Below the pieces are notes generated by a model, which was not told where the DNA came from, searched no databases, and worked only from the letters and a program-made list of their open reading frames with translations. Made by a program: the position numbers and the translations under genes. From a virus, in IMG/VR virus record IMGVR_UViG_3300011113_000664, positions 96,001 to 160,000 of that record: 64,000 bases of DNA; one strand, written 5' to 3'. Of the stretch, positions 48,746-58,737 are shown piece after piece (position 1 is the first letter of the stretch; the number at the start of each line of letters is the position of its first letter).

Positions 48746-49699
48746 ATGAAAGTTTTTTATTATTGCCCCAATCTTAACCATCCTTCAGGTGGTATGGGTG
48801 TTTTATTTAAACAAGCTAAAATTCTTGCTGATAATGGTTATGATGTTACACTTCTTTATGAAGGAGATGCTGAATTTAACCCTACTTGGATGGAGTTTAG
48901 TATCTCACACATCCCCAAAGTCAAAATAAATGGTCTAGGAAGCCTCAGAATCGATTCAAATGACCTCTTGGTAATACCCGAAGGTTTTGGTAATTTGATT
49001 GATTCTACGAAGAATATGAAGTGCAAAAGGACAGTTCTTGCACAGAGTTGGATTTACATTTACACCTCAATGCCACAGCCAAAATCTTGGAAAGAATCGG
49101 GTATTGAGAAAGTAATTAGTGTATCTCAAGGTATTTCAGAATACATACAAAAACATATGCCTGGGATTGAGATTCATCAATATAAACAATCTATAAGTCC
49201 AATATTTAAATCAAATTTGGATAAAGCATTTAGAGTTTGTTTTTCATCCTCAAGGTCAAATACGCAACAGATGAATACACACAATCTTATTAGTATTGTT
49301 AAATCATCAGATAAAAGATTAAGAAATACACAATTTATTGAATTAAAAGGTATGTCAAAACAACAATTTGCAAATGAACTTGCTGATTGTGCTTTTTGTC
49401 TTTATACAGATGAAATTGCAGGGTTTGGTACTCTTCCGTTAGAAGCAATGGCATGTAATACCCATGTAGTTGGATTCTCAAACATTGGTAATAAAGAATA
49501 TGTAAGAGATAATAATGGATTTTGGTGTCAAAATGCGGATTATCATACACTTACTGATAAACTTATTGAACAATTAAATACTTTTCTTGATGGTTATGAA
49601 TATGATGGTTTATGTTTAAATGAAATTAATACTTCATCTGAATATAACGAAGAACAAGAAAAAAATCGTATTTTAGATATATTTGAAACTTATAAATAA
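48746..49699 (+). CDS. Glycosyltransferase, GT-B (GT4-like)
   Basis: PSGGMGVL, LVIPEGF, GFGTLPLEAMACNTHVVGF. Confidence 0.85.
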   Translation: MKVFYYCPNLNHPSGGMGVLFKQAKILADNGYDVTLLYEGDAEFNPTWMEFSISHIPKVKINGLGSLRIDSNDLLVIPEGFGNLIDSTKNMKCKRTVLAQSWIYIYTSMPQPKSWKESGIEKVISVSQGISEYIQKHMPGIEIHQYKQSISPIFKSNLDKAFRVCFSSSRSNTQQMNTHNLISIVKSSDKRLRNTQFIELKGMSKQQFANELADCAFCLYTDEIAGFGTLPLEAMACNTHVVGFSNIGNKEYVRDNNGFWCQNADYHTLTDKLIEQLNTFLDGYEYDGLCLNEINTSSEYNEEQEKNRILDIFETYK

Positions 49700-49700
49700 T

Positions 49701-50540
49701 ATGCTTTTAAACGCAATAGTTTTTTCAAAAGATAGACCAATGCAACTTCATTTGTTGCTTGAGTCTATTTTAAAAAATTTTAATGTCGAAGATTATAAAT
49801 TAAATATTCTCTACAAAGCATCTAATGATGAATATAATAGGGGATATAATATGGTTAGGGATTTATTTCCTCAATTTACATATAAAAAGGAAGAATCTTT
49901 CAAAGAAGATTTATTATCTCTTTTTAATGAATCTCAATACACAGTATTTTTTACAGATGATGATATTATATACAATCCATTAAGAACAACAAATGAGGAT
50001 TTATTTAATATTTTTCAATTTAGTAATTGTTTTTGTTTTTCATTAAGATTGGGTTTAAATACCACTGAATGTTATACAATGCAAAAATTAAATAAATTAG
50101 AAAATTATAAAACTCATAGTTTTTACCATGATATTAATCTAATTGAACCAATTATTTCATGGAAGGTTAAAGATGGTACAAATGATTATGCATATCCAAT
50201 GTCAGTAGATGGCCATATTTTTAAAACTGAACTTATTAAATATTTATGTGAAGTATTGGAATACACTAATCCAAATTTATTTGAAGGTTTTTTATCAAAA
50301 GCAGCAAAAAATGATATGATAATTGCATCATACGAACATAGTAAACTTGTTAATTCGCCAATTAATAGAGTTCAAGAAACATTTCAGAATTTATCAGGAC
50401 TTAAATATAAATACACATCTGAAGATTTAAATGAAATGTATTTAGATGGTGTAACACTTGATTTTAAAAAAATGAATTTTGAAGAAATTAATGGTTGTCA
50501 TCAAGAAATAAGACCAATCTTTAAAGTAAATGCAAAATAA
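49701..50540 (+). CDS. Glycosyltransferase-like, GT-A
   Basis: IVFSKDRPMQLHLLLESI and VFFTDDDI (DxD). Confidence 0.7.
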   Translation: MLLNAIVFSKDRPMQLHLLLESILKNFNVEDYKLNILYKASNDEYNRGYNMVRDLFPQFTYKKEESFKEDLLSLFNESQYTVFFTDDDIIYNPLRTTNEDLFNIFQFSNCFCFSLRLGLNTTECYTMQKLNKLENYKTHSFYHDINLIEPIISWKVKDGTNDYAYPMSVDGHIFKTELIKYLCEVLEYTNPNLFEGFLSKAAKNDMIIASYEHSKLVNSPINRVQETFQNLSGLKYKYTSEDLNEMYLDGVTLDFKKMNFEEINGCHQEIRPIFKVNAK

Positions 50541-51258
50541 TTTTTTAATAGTAAGTGCATTTTACAATGCAGCACCTTTTATAGAAAGATGCGTTGGGTC
50601 AATTATATCTCAAAATTATGGTAATTATCGTGTTCTTTTTATTGATGATGCATCAACTGATGGTACTTTTGAATTGATTGATGAACATGATAAATTTATA
50701 AAGGTTAGAAACGATGAAAATAAGGGTTTATTATATAATTATTCACATTACCTTCCATTATATGCTAATGATGATGATATAATCGTTGTTGTCGATGGTG
50801 ATGATGCTTTGCATGGAAATAAATCACTTAGTTATCTAAATGATTTTTACAATGAGCATGGTTGTATGGTTACATATGGTCAATCCATTTGGACAGATGG
50901 TAGAAAAGGGTTTGCAAGACCATACACAGAACAAGAATTTAAAAATTTGAGAAAAACACAATTTATTGCATCACATTTAAGAACATTTAAATATATATGC
51001 TTTAAAGAAATCATTAATCAAGACCCTGAATTGAATTCTTTTAAAGATGATAATGGTGAATTCTTAAAAGCTGCACCCGATGTCGCAATAATGTTTCCTG
51101 TAATGGAAATTGCAGGATTTGATAGGGTAAAATATATTGATAAAATTTTACATTTGTATAATTTTCATAATCCATTATCAGAACATAATGTTCACCAACA
51201 ATTACAATGGGATTGCCATACAATTGTATCAAATAAAAAACCATTAAAAACACTATGA
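50530..51258 (+). CDS. Glycosyltransferase family 2
   Basis: SAFYNAAPFIERCVGSI, FIDDASTDGT, VVDGDDAL. Confidence 0.9.
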   Translation: MQNNFLIVSAFYNAAPFIERCVGSIISQNYGNYRVLFIDDASTDGTFELIDEHDKFIKVRNDENKGLLYNYSHYLPLYANDDDIIVVVDGDDALHGNKSLSYLNDFYNEHGCMVTYGQSIWTDGRKGFARPYTEQEFKNLRKTQFIASHLRTFKYICFKEIINQDPELNSFKDDNGEFLKAAPDVAIMFPVMEIAGFDRVKYIDKILHLYNFHNPLSEHNVHQQLQWDCHTIVSNKKPLKTL

Positions 51259-52010
51259 TTAATCTTATTGTTAATACAAATCACGGATTATTTTCAAATG
51301 TATTATGTGCAATGTCAGCACTACATTATGCAGATGATAATAATCTAAATTTAAATATAAATATCACAAATAATAGATATACTGATAATAATGAAAATAT
51401 TTGGGATTTATTATTTAATCAACCAAAATTAATAAATCCTGAAAGTGAAAATACACTTATTGATAATTGGACACCATATGGGTGTACTTTTTGTTCAACT
51501 CTAAATGAGACTAATGCTATATTATATCAAAATTTATTAAAAAAATATGATATTATAAGACAAAAAGATATAGATATATGTAAAAATTTCTTTCAAGGTG
51601 AAGATTTAACAAAAGTTATTGGTATTCATAAAAGAGGAACAGACCATTATCTTCATGGTAGTTTTATACCATTGGATAGATATTTTAATAGTATTGATGA
51701 AGAAATTGAAAAGAATAAATATGAGAAAGTTTTTTTAATAACTGATGAAGAAGAAACTGTTAATCTTTTTATACAAAAATATGGAAGAAATTTAATATAT
51801 ACCGATAGTTTTAGAAGTACTGATAGTAGACCTATTCATGATTATTCTTTTAAAAATATAGGTAATAGACTTTTTGATGTTTATCATGATGCATTAAAAT
51901 TATCACTATGTGATAAAATTATTGTTACATCAAGTAATGTTTCTGCATTTTCAATTATTGCCAATAATAATAAATTTAAATATATTGATACTGACATTGT
52001 ATACAGATGA
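51255..52010 (+). CDS. Fucosyltransferase-like (NodZ/GT23/GT11-type)
   Basis: GLFSN, IGIHKRGTD (GDP-Fuc-binding HxRxxD), FLITD, LSLCD.II.TSSNVS. Confidence 0.75.
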   Translation: MINLIVNTNHGLFSNVLCAMSALHYADDNNLNLNINITNNRYTDNNENIWDLLFNQPKLINPESENTLIDNWTPYGCTFCSTLNETNAILYQNLLKKYDIIRQKDIDICKNFFQGEDLTKVIGIHKRGTDHYLHGSFIPLDRYFNSIDEEIEKNKYEKVFLITDEEETVNLFIQKYGRNLIYTDSFRSTDSRPIHDYSFKNIGNRLFDVYHDALKLSLCDKIIVTSSNVSAFSIIANNNKFKYIDTDIVYR

Positions 52011-52828
52011 TGAATAAACTACCAATTATAGACCATTTATTTTCACATGCTTCAAGTAGTAGTTTTGATAACCCAATGAATTTTATTTGGGATAGAGAAA
52101 ATATTTTGAATTATGATTTTGTTATATTGACAGATGATACTTTACATCATGTAGATTTTATTAAATCACAAAATAAAAAAGTTTATGCGTGGCTTTTAGA
52201 ATCACCACATGTAAAACCACATGCAATTGATTTTATAAAAAAAAATTATGATAAATTTGATAAAATTTTTACACATAATAAAGAATTATTAGATTTATCT
52301 GATAAATTTGTATTACAAACATATGGTGGATGTTGGATTCCAAAAGAAGAAAGAAAAATTCACGAAAAGACAAAAAGTATTTCATTTATTTCAAGTAGAA
52401 AAAGAAGTACTGAAGGACATGTTTTAAGAAATAAAATTCTTGATTACTATAATGTAAATGAAAAAGATATTGATATATTTGGAAGAGAAATTAACCCAAT
52501 AGATAATAAAATTGAAGGTCTTAAAGACTATAGATTTTCAATAACTATTGAAAATTGTAGAGAAGATTTTTATTTTTCCGAAAAATTAATTGATTGTCTA
52601 CAAACAGGCACTGTACCAATTTATTGGGGTTTACCATCAATAGATAAATTTTTTGATAAAAATGGTATAATAACATTTAATAATGTTACAGAACTTTTTT
52701 TTATTATTGAAAAAATAAATAATAATGAAATCAAATATGAAGATTATTTAGAAAGTATTTTTAATAACTTTCAATTAAGTAAAAAATATTTGTTAGCAGA
52801 CGATGATATATATAACCTATTAAAATAA
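52007..52828 (+). CDS. GT10-like alpha-1,3-fucosyltransferase
   Basis: WLLESP and YRFSITIEN..YFSEKLIDCL..GTVPIYWG. Confidence 0.8.
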   Translation: MMNKLPIIDHLFSHASSSSFDNPMNFIWDRENILNYDFVILTDDTLHHVDFIKSQNKKVYAWLLESPHVKPHAIDFIKKNYDKFDKIFTHNKELLDLSDKFVLQTYGGCWIPKEERKIHEKTKSISFISSRKRSTEGHVLRNKILDYYNVNEKDIDIFGREINPIDNKIEGLKDYRFSITIENCREDFYFSEKLIDCLQTGTVPIYWGLPSIDKFFDKNGIITFNNVTELFFIIEKINNNEIKYEDYLESIFNNFQLSKKYLLADDDIYNLLK

Positions 52829-52829
52829 C

Positions 52830-53513
52830 ATGGATTTTACTTTTGGAATTTGCAAATCAATTGAATCAGTTCATTTAGAGAATATTATTGACTCAATAAG
52901 AAATCAAAATATACCAAATTATGAAATTATAATTGTAGGTTCAAATCATCAAATACTTGGTGATGATATTAAAAATATTAATTTTGATGAAACAGAAAAA
53001 AGAGGTTGGATAACTAGAAAAAAAAATTTAATCACAAAAAATGCAAAATATGAAAATATAGTTTATTTGCATGATTACATTTTTTTTACATATAAATGGT
53101 ATGAAGGTCAATTAAAAAGTGGTAATGATTTTCATATTAGAATGGATAAAATTATAAATCTTGATGGTTCAAGATTTAGAGATTGGTGTATATGGCCACA
53201 TAATAATAATGAAATGGATGAAATAATAAAAAGAGATATTATGATTCCATATAATATTACACATTTATCAAAGTATATGTACATATCAGGTGCATATTGG
53301 ATTGGTAAAAAAAATATAATGAAAGAATATCCACTTGATGAAAATTTATTATGGGGAGAAAGTGAAGATGTTATTTGGTCAAAACAAATAAGGGAAAAAT
53401 ATCATTTTAATATGAATATTAACTCAACTGTTAAATTATTAAAACAACAGAACAATCATGGTTTTGGGCAACCAACACAACAAATTATAAATATTTTAAA
53501 AAATTATGAATAA
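52830..53513 (+). CDS. Glycosyltransferase family 2-like
   Basis: IIDSIRNQNIPNYEIIIVG, IVYLHDY, WGESEDVIW. Confidence 0.75.
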   Translation: MDFTFGICKSIESVHLENIIDSIRNQNIPNYEIIIVGSNHQILGDDIKNINFDETEKRGWITRKKNLITKNAKYENIVYLHDYIFFTYKWYEGQLKSGNDFHIRMDKIINLDGSRFRDWCIWPHNNNEMDEIIKRDIMIPYNITHLSKYMYISGAYWIGKKNIMKEYPLDENLLWGESEDVIWSKQIREKYHFNMNINSTVKLLKQQNNHGFGQPTQQIINILKNYE

Positions 53514-54219
53514 AGTAGAATTTATTAAACAAAACTTTAAAGATTTCTATATTGATAGAGGTCCTGAAAATGGTATCCTTCAAGGAACAAAATACGCAGG
53601 ATGTGCAACACATTGTAGAGCATGTTTGAATACAATTGTCAGAATGATTAAACCAAAATCAATTCTAGAAATTGGTTCTTGGCATTATGATAGTACTAAA
53701 ATTATGTCAGAAGGTATGAGTACATATTTAAACGATGATGAAGGTACTATCGTAACATTTGATATAAAATATGGTGGATACGATGGTTTTGGTAGTTCAG
53801 TAGGATTACACAAAAGAATTAAACCATTGTATTGGTATCCTTATAAAACAGGTTATGATACTTGGAAATTTACCGACCCAGGAATTGTTTATAAAGATTT
53901 TGTAAATTATGAAAATGAAGAGTTATTTGATATGAATCAAAAAATTCTTGAGGATGTAACACCTGATGGTGGTTTTGATTTGATTTTTGTTGATGGTGAC
54001 CACTCTTATGAAGGTGCTAAAAAAGATTGGGAACATGCATTAAAAGTTTCACACAAAGAAACACTTATTGTAATTGACAATGTTTGGGATATCAGATTAA
54101 ATGAGGTTAGGAAATTTTATGATGATTTGAAAACAATTAAATGGGATTTTGAAGAATGGAATGATGAACATAAAAATGTTAACATGGTTCAAGATACCGC
54201 AATCAGTTTAACTTACTAA
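53506..54219 (+). CDS. Class I SAM-dependent (O-)methyltransferase
   Basis: KPKSILEIGS, FDLIFVDGDHSYEGAKKD, IVIDN. Confidence 0.85.
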   Translation: MNKVEFIKQNFKDFYIDRGPENGILQGTKYAGCATHCRACLNTIVRMIKPKSILEIGSWHYDSTKIMSEGMSTYLNDDEGTIVTFDIKYGGYDGFGSSVGLHKRIKPLYWYPYKTGYDTWKFTDPGIVYKDFVNYENEELFDMNQKILEDVTPDGGFDLIFVDGDHSYEGAKKDWEHALKVSHKETLIVIDNVWDIRLNEVRKFYDDLKTIKWDFEEWNDEHKNVNMVQDTAISLTY

Positions 54220-55580
54220 TGATTAAATTAATAATTTTTGATTTAGATGGTGTATTAGTGGAAGCTAAAAATATTCATTTTGAAGCACTCAATAAAGCAT
54301 TAAAAGAATATAAAATTAGTTGGGATGAACATTTATCATTTTATGATGGTTTAAAAACCAATGAAAAATTAGAAATGCTCCACCAAAAAAAGGGTTTACC
54401 AAAAGAATATTTCAAAAATATTTGGAAGGAAAAACAAAAATACACACTTGAAGCTTTAAAAAATCTAAATCAATCAAATATTTTAATTAATTGTATAGAT
54501 TCACTTGCTAAAGATGGATATAAACTAGCCGTATGCTCAAATAGCATTCGTAAAACAGTATTAACTGTTCTTAGCAGGTTAGGTATAATTGAGTATTTTG
54601 ATTTGATTTTATCAAACGAAGATGTTAATAATAGCAAACCACATCCTGAAATTTATTGGTCTGCAATTTCAAAATTAAATGTACTTCCCGAAGAAACATT
54701 AATTGTTGAAGATTCCCCATATGGATTATTAGCAGCTAACAGAAGTAATTCACATATTTTAAGGGTTAAATCACCTCATGACGTATTTTATGGTGGTATT
54801 AAACAAAAAATATACGAAATTAACACAAGTAGTAAAAATATGAAACCTAAATGGACTGATAAAAAACTTAATGTACTAATACCAATGGCAGGTTCAGGTA
54901 CAAGATTTAGGGAGGCAGGTTATACATTCCCAAAACCATTAATTGATGTCAATAATAAACCCATGATTCAGGTTGTTGTTGATAATCTAAATGTAGATGC
55001 TAATTTTATATTCGTTGTTCAAAAAGAACATAGAGAAAAATATAATTTAGATACTTTATTAAATTTGATTTCACCAAATTGCACTGTCATTGAAACGGAT
55101 GGTGTAACAGAAGGTGCAGCTTGTACTGCATTACTAGCAAAAGAATTTATTGATAATGATTCACCATTATTTTTTGCTAATTCAGACCAATTTGTTGAAT
55201 GGGATTCAACAGAATTTATGTATAAAATGAATGAAACTAATGCCGATGGAGGTATTGTAACATTTCAATCAACACATCCAAAATGGTCATTTGTTAAATT
55301 AGATGAAAATGGTTATGCAACTGAAGTTGCTGAAAAAAAACCAATTTCAAACATAGCAACTGTTGGTTATTATTATTGGAAACATGGTTCTGATTTTGTT
55401 AAATATGCAGAACAAATGATTTTAAAAAATATTAGAGTCAATAATGAATTTTATGTTTGCCCTGTTTTTAATCAAGCTATTGAAGATGGTAAAAAAATTA
55501 GAACATTTGATATTCAAAAAATGTGGGGATTAGGAACACCCGAAGACTTACAAAATTTTTTAAATAATTTTAACTCATGA
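54219..55580 (+). CDS. HAD phosphatase fused to a sugar-phosphate nucleotidyltransferase-like domain
   Basis: N-terminal FDLDGVL, KPHPEIY and VEDSPYG. C-terminal IPMAGSGTRF..GY..PKPLI, NSDQ, EKKPIS and GLGTPEDL. Confidence 0.88.
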   Translation: MIKLIIFDLDGVLVEAKNIHFEALNKALKEYKISWDEHLSFYDGLKTNEKLEMLHQKKGLPKEYFKNIWKEKQKYTLEALKNLNQSNILINCIDSLAKDGYKLAVCSNSIRKTVLTVLSRLGIIEYFDLILSNEDVNNSKPHPEIYWSAISKLNVLPEETLIVEDSPYGLLAANRSNSHILRVKSPHDVFYGGIKQKIYEINTSSKNMKPKWTDKKLNVLIPMAGSGTRFREAGYTFPKPLIDVNNKPMIQVVVDNLNVDANFIFVVQKEHREKYNLDTLLNLISPNCTVIETDGVTEGAACTALLAKEFIDNDSPLFFANSDQFVEWDSTEFMYKMNETNADGGIVTFQSTHPKWSFVKLDENGYATEVAEKKPISNIATVGYYYWKHGSDFVKYAEQMILKNIRVNNEFYVCPVFNQAIEDGKKIRTFDIQKMWGLGTPEDLQNFLNNFNS

Positions 55581-56203
55581 TTTTTGTTTTTGGAAATAGT
55601 CATGCACATGTGTTTACAAACACACATCCTGCAACACTTGGATTAGGAGGTCAAAATGATAATTTTACATCAGTTTCATTAGGTCCAACTATTGCCTATA
55701 ATTTTTATGAACATCATTATTTAACAATGTTAAATTGGGTTAATCGTTTAAATATTAATAAGGAAAAAGATTATATTGTTTTAGCGATTGGTGAAGTTGA
55801 TTGTAGATGGCATTTACCATATCAAGCATCAATACAAAATAAAACAAATGAAGAAATCGTAACTGAATGTATTGATAGATATTTTAGAGTTTATCTAGAT
55901 TTAAAAAATAAAGGTTATAAAATTATTGGTTGGGGAGGCCATCCCTCAACAATAAGTGGACACAATAATGACCCAAATAATCCTGTTTTTGGTGATTGTT
56001 TAACTAGGAATAAGATAAGTTTATATTGGAATAATCTCTTAGAAAAGAAATGTTTAGACAATGAAATCACATTTATTTCAATTATAAACGATTTAATTGA
56101 TGAAAATGGTTTAACAAAAATGGAATATTTTGATGATTATTGTCATTTAAATTATAATAATATAAAAGATAAATTAAATTATTTATTTAAAAAATTTATA
56201 TGA
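55577..56203 (+). CDS. SGNH/GDSL-like esterase or acyltransferase
   Basis: VFGNSH near the N-terminus, GEVDCR, terminal DYCH (DxxH). Confidence 0.65.
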   Translation: MIFVFGNSHAHVFTNTHPATLGLGGQNDNFTSVSLGPTIAYNFYEHHYLTMLNWVNRLNINKEKDYIVLAIGEVDCRWHLPYQASIQNKTNEEIVTECIDRYFRVYLDLKNKGYKIIGWGGHPSTISGHNNDPNNPVFGDCLTRNKISLYWNNLLEKKCLDNEITFISIINDLIDENGLTKMEYFDDYCHLNYNNIKDKLNYLFKKFI

Positions 56204-57159
56204 AAAAATTGAAAGTTCATTTTTTAAGATGTGATACGAATCCGAATCTACCAAATTATTATGAAAATAATATTTTCTTATATTTGTTAAGAAAAAGATA
56301 TGATATTGAAATAGTAAATGAAAATCCTGATTTATTGATTTATACTTTATCACATAATGGTCATGAATCTTTCAAAGATTGTGTAAAAATATTTCATACA
56401 GAAGAACCAGGTTTTTGGGATAAAAATACATATTATAACTATTACAGACCTAGCGATGGTGGTTATAAAGAAAGGTTTAGACGTTCAATAGAAGATGCTG
56501 ATATTATAATGTCATCATATCATATTGAACATGAAAGTCATGTAAGATTTCCATCTTATTTACTATATTATTATCAAATGTTTATCGATAATAGAATACC
56601 AAGTTTTGATTATTTTTTTAATCATAGACATATAGTAAATGATAATTTATTCAATAGAAAGTTTTGTGCATATATACATCGCCATAATAGAGAAGATTTA
56701 TTTAGAATTAAATTTTTAAAAAAATTAAATAAATATAAAAATGTCGATATTATTAGCATACCTGGTGCTTCATATGAAAAAACTGAACATGTAAAAGCAA
56801 ATTATAAGTTTTGTTTTGGTATGGAAAATACAAATGGTGATTTGTGTTTTGGTGAACCTGAAGATGTTAAATATCCAAATATTGGTTATACAACAGAAAA
56901 AATTATCGAACCATTTTGCTCAAATACAATTCCCCTTTATTGGGGAAATCAATTAATAAATAATGAATTTAATAATAACATGTTTATTAATTGGTATGAT
57001 TACAATAATGATGAATATATGATAGAAAAAATTATTGAATTAGATAATAATAAAGAAAAATACATGGAATATTTAAATGGTATTGTGTTTAAACCCGATT
57101 ATATTAATTCCATGTTTGAAAGATTTTATCAAGTTTTAGAAACAAAATTACATTTTTAA
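56200..57159 (+). CDS. GT10-like alpha-1,3-fucosyltransferase (second copy)
   Basis: NPDLLI, IFHTEEP, RKFCA, YKFCFGMEN, GYTTEKI..F..NTIPLYWG, FIN. Confidence 0.82.
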   Translation: MKKLKVHFLRCDTNPNLPNYYENNIFLYLLRKRYDIEIVNENPDLLIYTLSHNGHESFKDCVKIFHTEEPGFWDKNTYYNYYRPSDGGYKERFRRSIEDADIIMSSYHIEHESHVRFPSYLLYYYQMFIDNRIPSFDYFFNHRHIVNDNLFNRKFCAYIHRHNREDLFRIKFLKKLNKYKNVDIISIPGASYEKTEHVKANYKFCFGMENTNGDLCFGEPEDVKYPNIGYTTEKIIEPFCSNTIPLYWGNQLINNEFNNNMFINWYDYNNDEYMIEKIIELDNNKEKYMEYLNGIVFKPDYINSMFERFYQVLETKLHF

Positions 57160-58013
57160 TGAAAATTACATTATTCAACGATAATCACAGAGGTGATTTG
57201 TTTTTAAGTAGAATGTTTATCCAACCACTACTAAATTTAAATGCTGAAATAACATTTTATCACAATCAAAATAAATATTTTTTTAAAGATATTGAAAAGA
57301 AATATTCAAATTTTAAAGAAGTTTGTGGTATACCAAAAGAGATTGATACTAAAGGTGATGATATACTTGAAAAAAATATAATAAATTGTTGGGTAGCAAA
57401 AGGTGGTGGTAAATATGTTAAAAATGAAGGTTGTTCATTTTTTGCATATAAAAACATGGTTGATGTAATTTATAAACATTATAACTTAGACATTTATGAG
57501 AATAATGAAGAACTTTTACCAATTATAAATTTTGATTATTTAGATTCAAAATCTTTACTTAAAGATTTTATGACTAATCTTAAAGATAGATACAAAAAAA
57601 TCATATTAATATCTAATGGAAATGTTGAGTCAGGTCAAGCAATTAACTTTGATTTTAACTCAACAATTAATTTTTTAGCAAATAAAAATAAAGATTGTTT
57701 ATTTTTATTAACACAAAGTACCAATATAAATTTACAAAATGTATTATACACAAGTGATATAACAAAATTAAATCCAGATTTATTAGAAATTTCTTATATA
57801 TCAACTTTTTGTGATATTATTGTTGGAAGAACTTCAGGTCCATATACATTTTGTACACATAAAGATAATATAATGGACAATAATAAAACATTTATATGTT
57901 TTTCTTTTAATAAAAAAGAAGGTGCTTGGTTTGAAGATGGTAATGCCAAATGGATATGGTCTGATAATCAAAGTGTTACTAATGTTATGTCTTTATTGGA
58001 CAAAAATATATGA
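57159..58013 (+). CDS. Putative GT-B glycosyltransferase (GT9-like), paralogue A
   Basis: HRGDLFLSR, SGQA.NF and EISYISTFCDIIVGRTSGP. Paralogous to 60727..61581. Confidence 0.55.
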   Translation: MKITLFNDNHRGDLFLSRMFIQPLLNLNAEITFYHNQNKYFFKDIEKKYSNFKEVCGIPKEIDTKGDDILEKNIINCWVAKGGGKYVKNEGCSFFAYKNMVDVIYKHYNLDIYENNEELLPIINFDYLDSKSLLKDFMTNLKDRYKKIILISNGNVESGQAINFDFNSTINFLANKNKDCLFLLTQSTNINLQNVLYTSDITKLNPDLLEISYISTFCDIIVGRTSGPYTFCTHKDNIMDNNKTFICFSFNKKEGAWFEDGNAKWIWSDNQSVTNVMSLLDKNI

Positions 58014-58417
58014 TTATATATAACCCAACAATTGAAGAACTAAAAGATTTTTTCATAAAAAATCAAAAAAATCAAGCAAGTTTTAGATATTTTAAAACTA
58101 GAGATTTTGGTATAATAAAAAACCATATTAAAACTATACTTTTAAAATATAAAGACAATATAGTTGGGTACGGTCATTTAGATAAAGATGAGAACAACCA
58201 AATATGGTTGGGTATTATGGTCTGCGATGAATGTGTTGGTCTTGGTTATGGTAAAATCATAATGAATGAACTTTTAAAAAATCAAGATTACAATATAAAT
58301 CTATCAGTTGATATTGAAAACAATATTGCAAAAAAATTATATGAGAAGAATGGGTTTATTGTTGTAAAAACAACACCAACATTATATATAATGGAGAAAA
58401 ATAATCGTATTTTATAA
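58010..58417 (+). CDS. GNAT family acetyltransferase
   Basis: WLGIMV...GLGYGKIIM and LSVDIENNIAKKLYEKNGF. Confidence 0.88.
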   Translation: MIIYNPTIEELKDFFIKNQKNQASFRYFKTRDFGIIKNHIKTILLKYKDNIVGYGHLDKDENNQIWLGIMVCDECVGLGYGKIIMNELLKNQDYNINLSVDIENNIAKKLYEKNGFIVVKTTPTLYIMEKNNRIL

Positions 58418-58428
58418 TAAAAAAAATT

Positions 58429-58737
58429 ATGGCAGATACATTAGGAAATATTGTTGACAAATTAATAACTGTTGACATGAAAATGTGGAACAATCAAGAA
58501 CTTCTTTATGAAATCAGGAGAATGACATTTGAAGAATATCTTGAAAAATATTTTAAATCCGAAGATGGTGCAGAAAAACTGTGGCAAATCCTAAAAAAAG
58601 CATGTGATTTGAATGTTCAAAGAAATCAATTAATAAATGAAGTTGATGAGAGAATAATTGAATTAGTAAATGCAAAAATAAATGGTGAAGATTTAGATAA
58701 CGGTAAATTCTTACAAAGAACACATAAAACATATTAA
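58429..58737 (+). CDS. Small helical protein (DUF4254/DUF6165-like), paralogue A
   Basis: DTLGNIVDKL..KMW..E and NVQRNQLINEVD. Confidence 0.6.
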   Translation: MADTLGNIVDKLITVDMKMWNNQELLYEIRRMTFEEYLEKYFKSEDGAEKLWQILKKACDLNVQRNQLINEVDERIIELVNAKINGEDLDNGKFLQRTHKTY

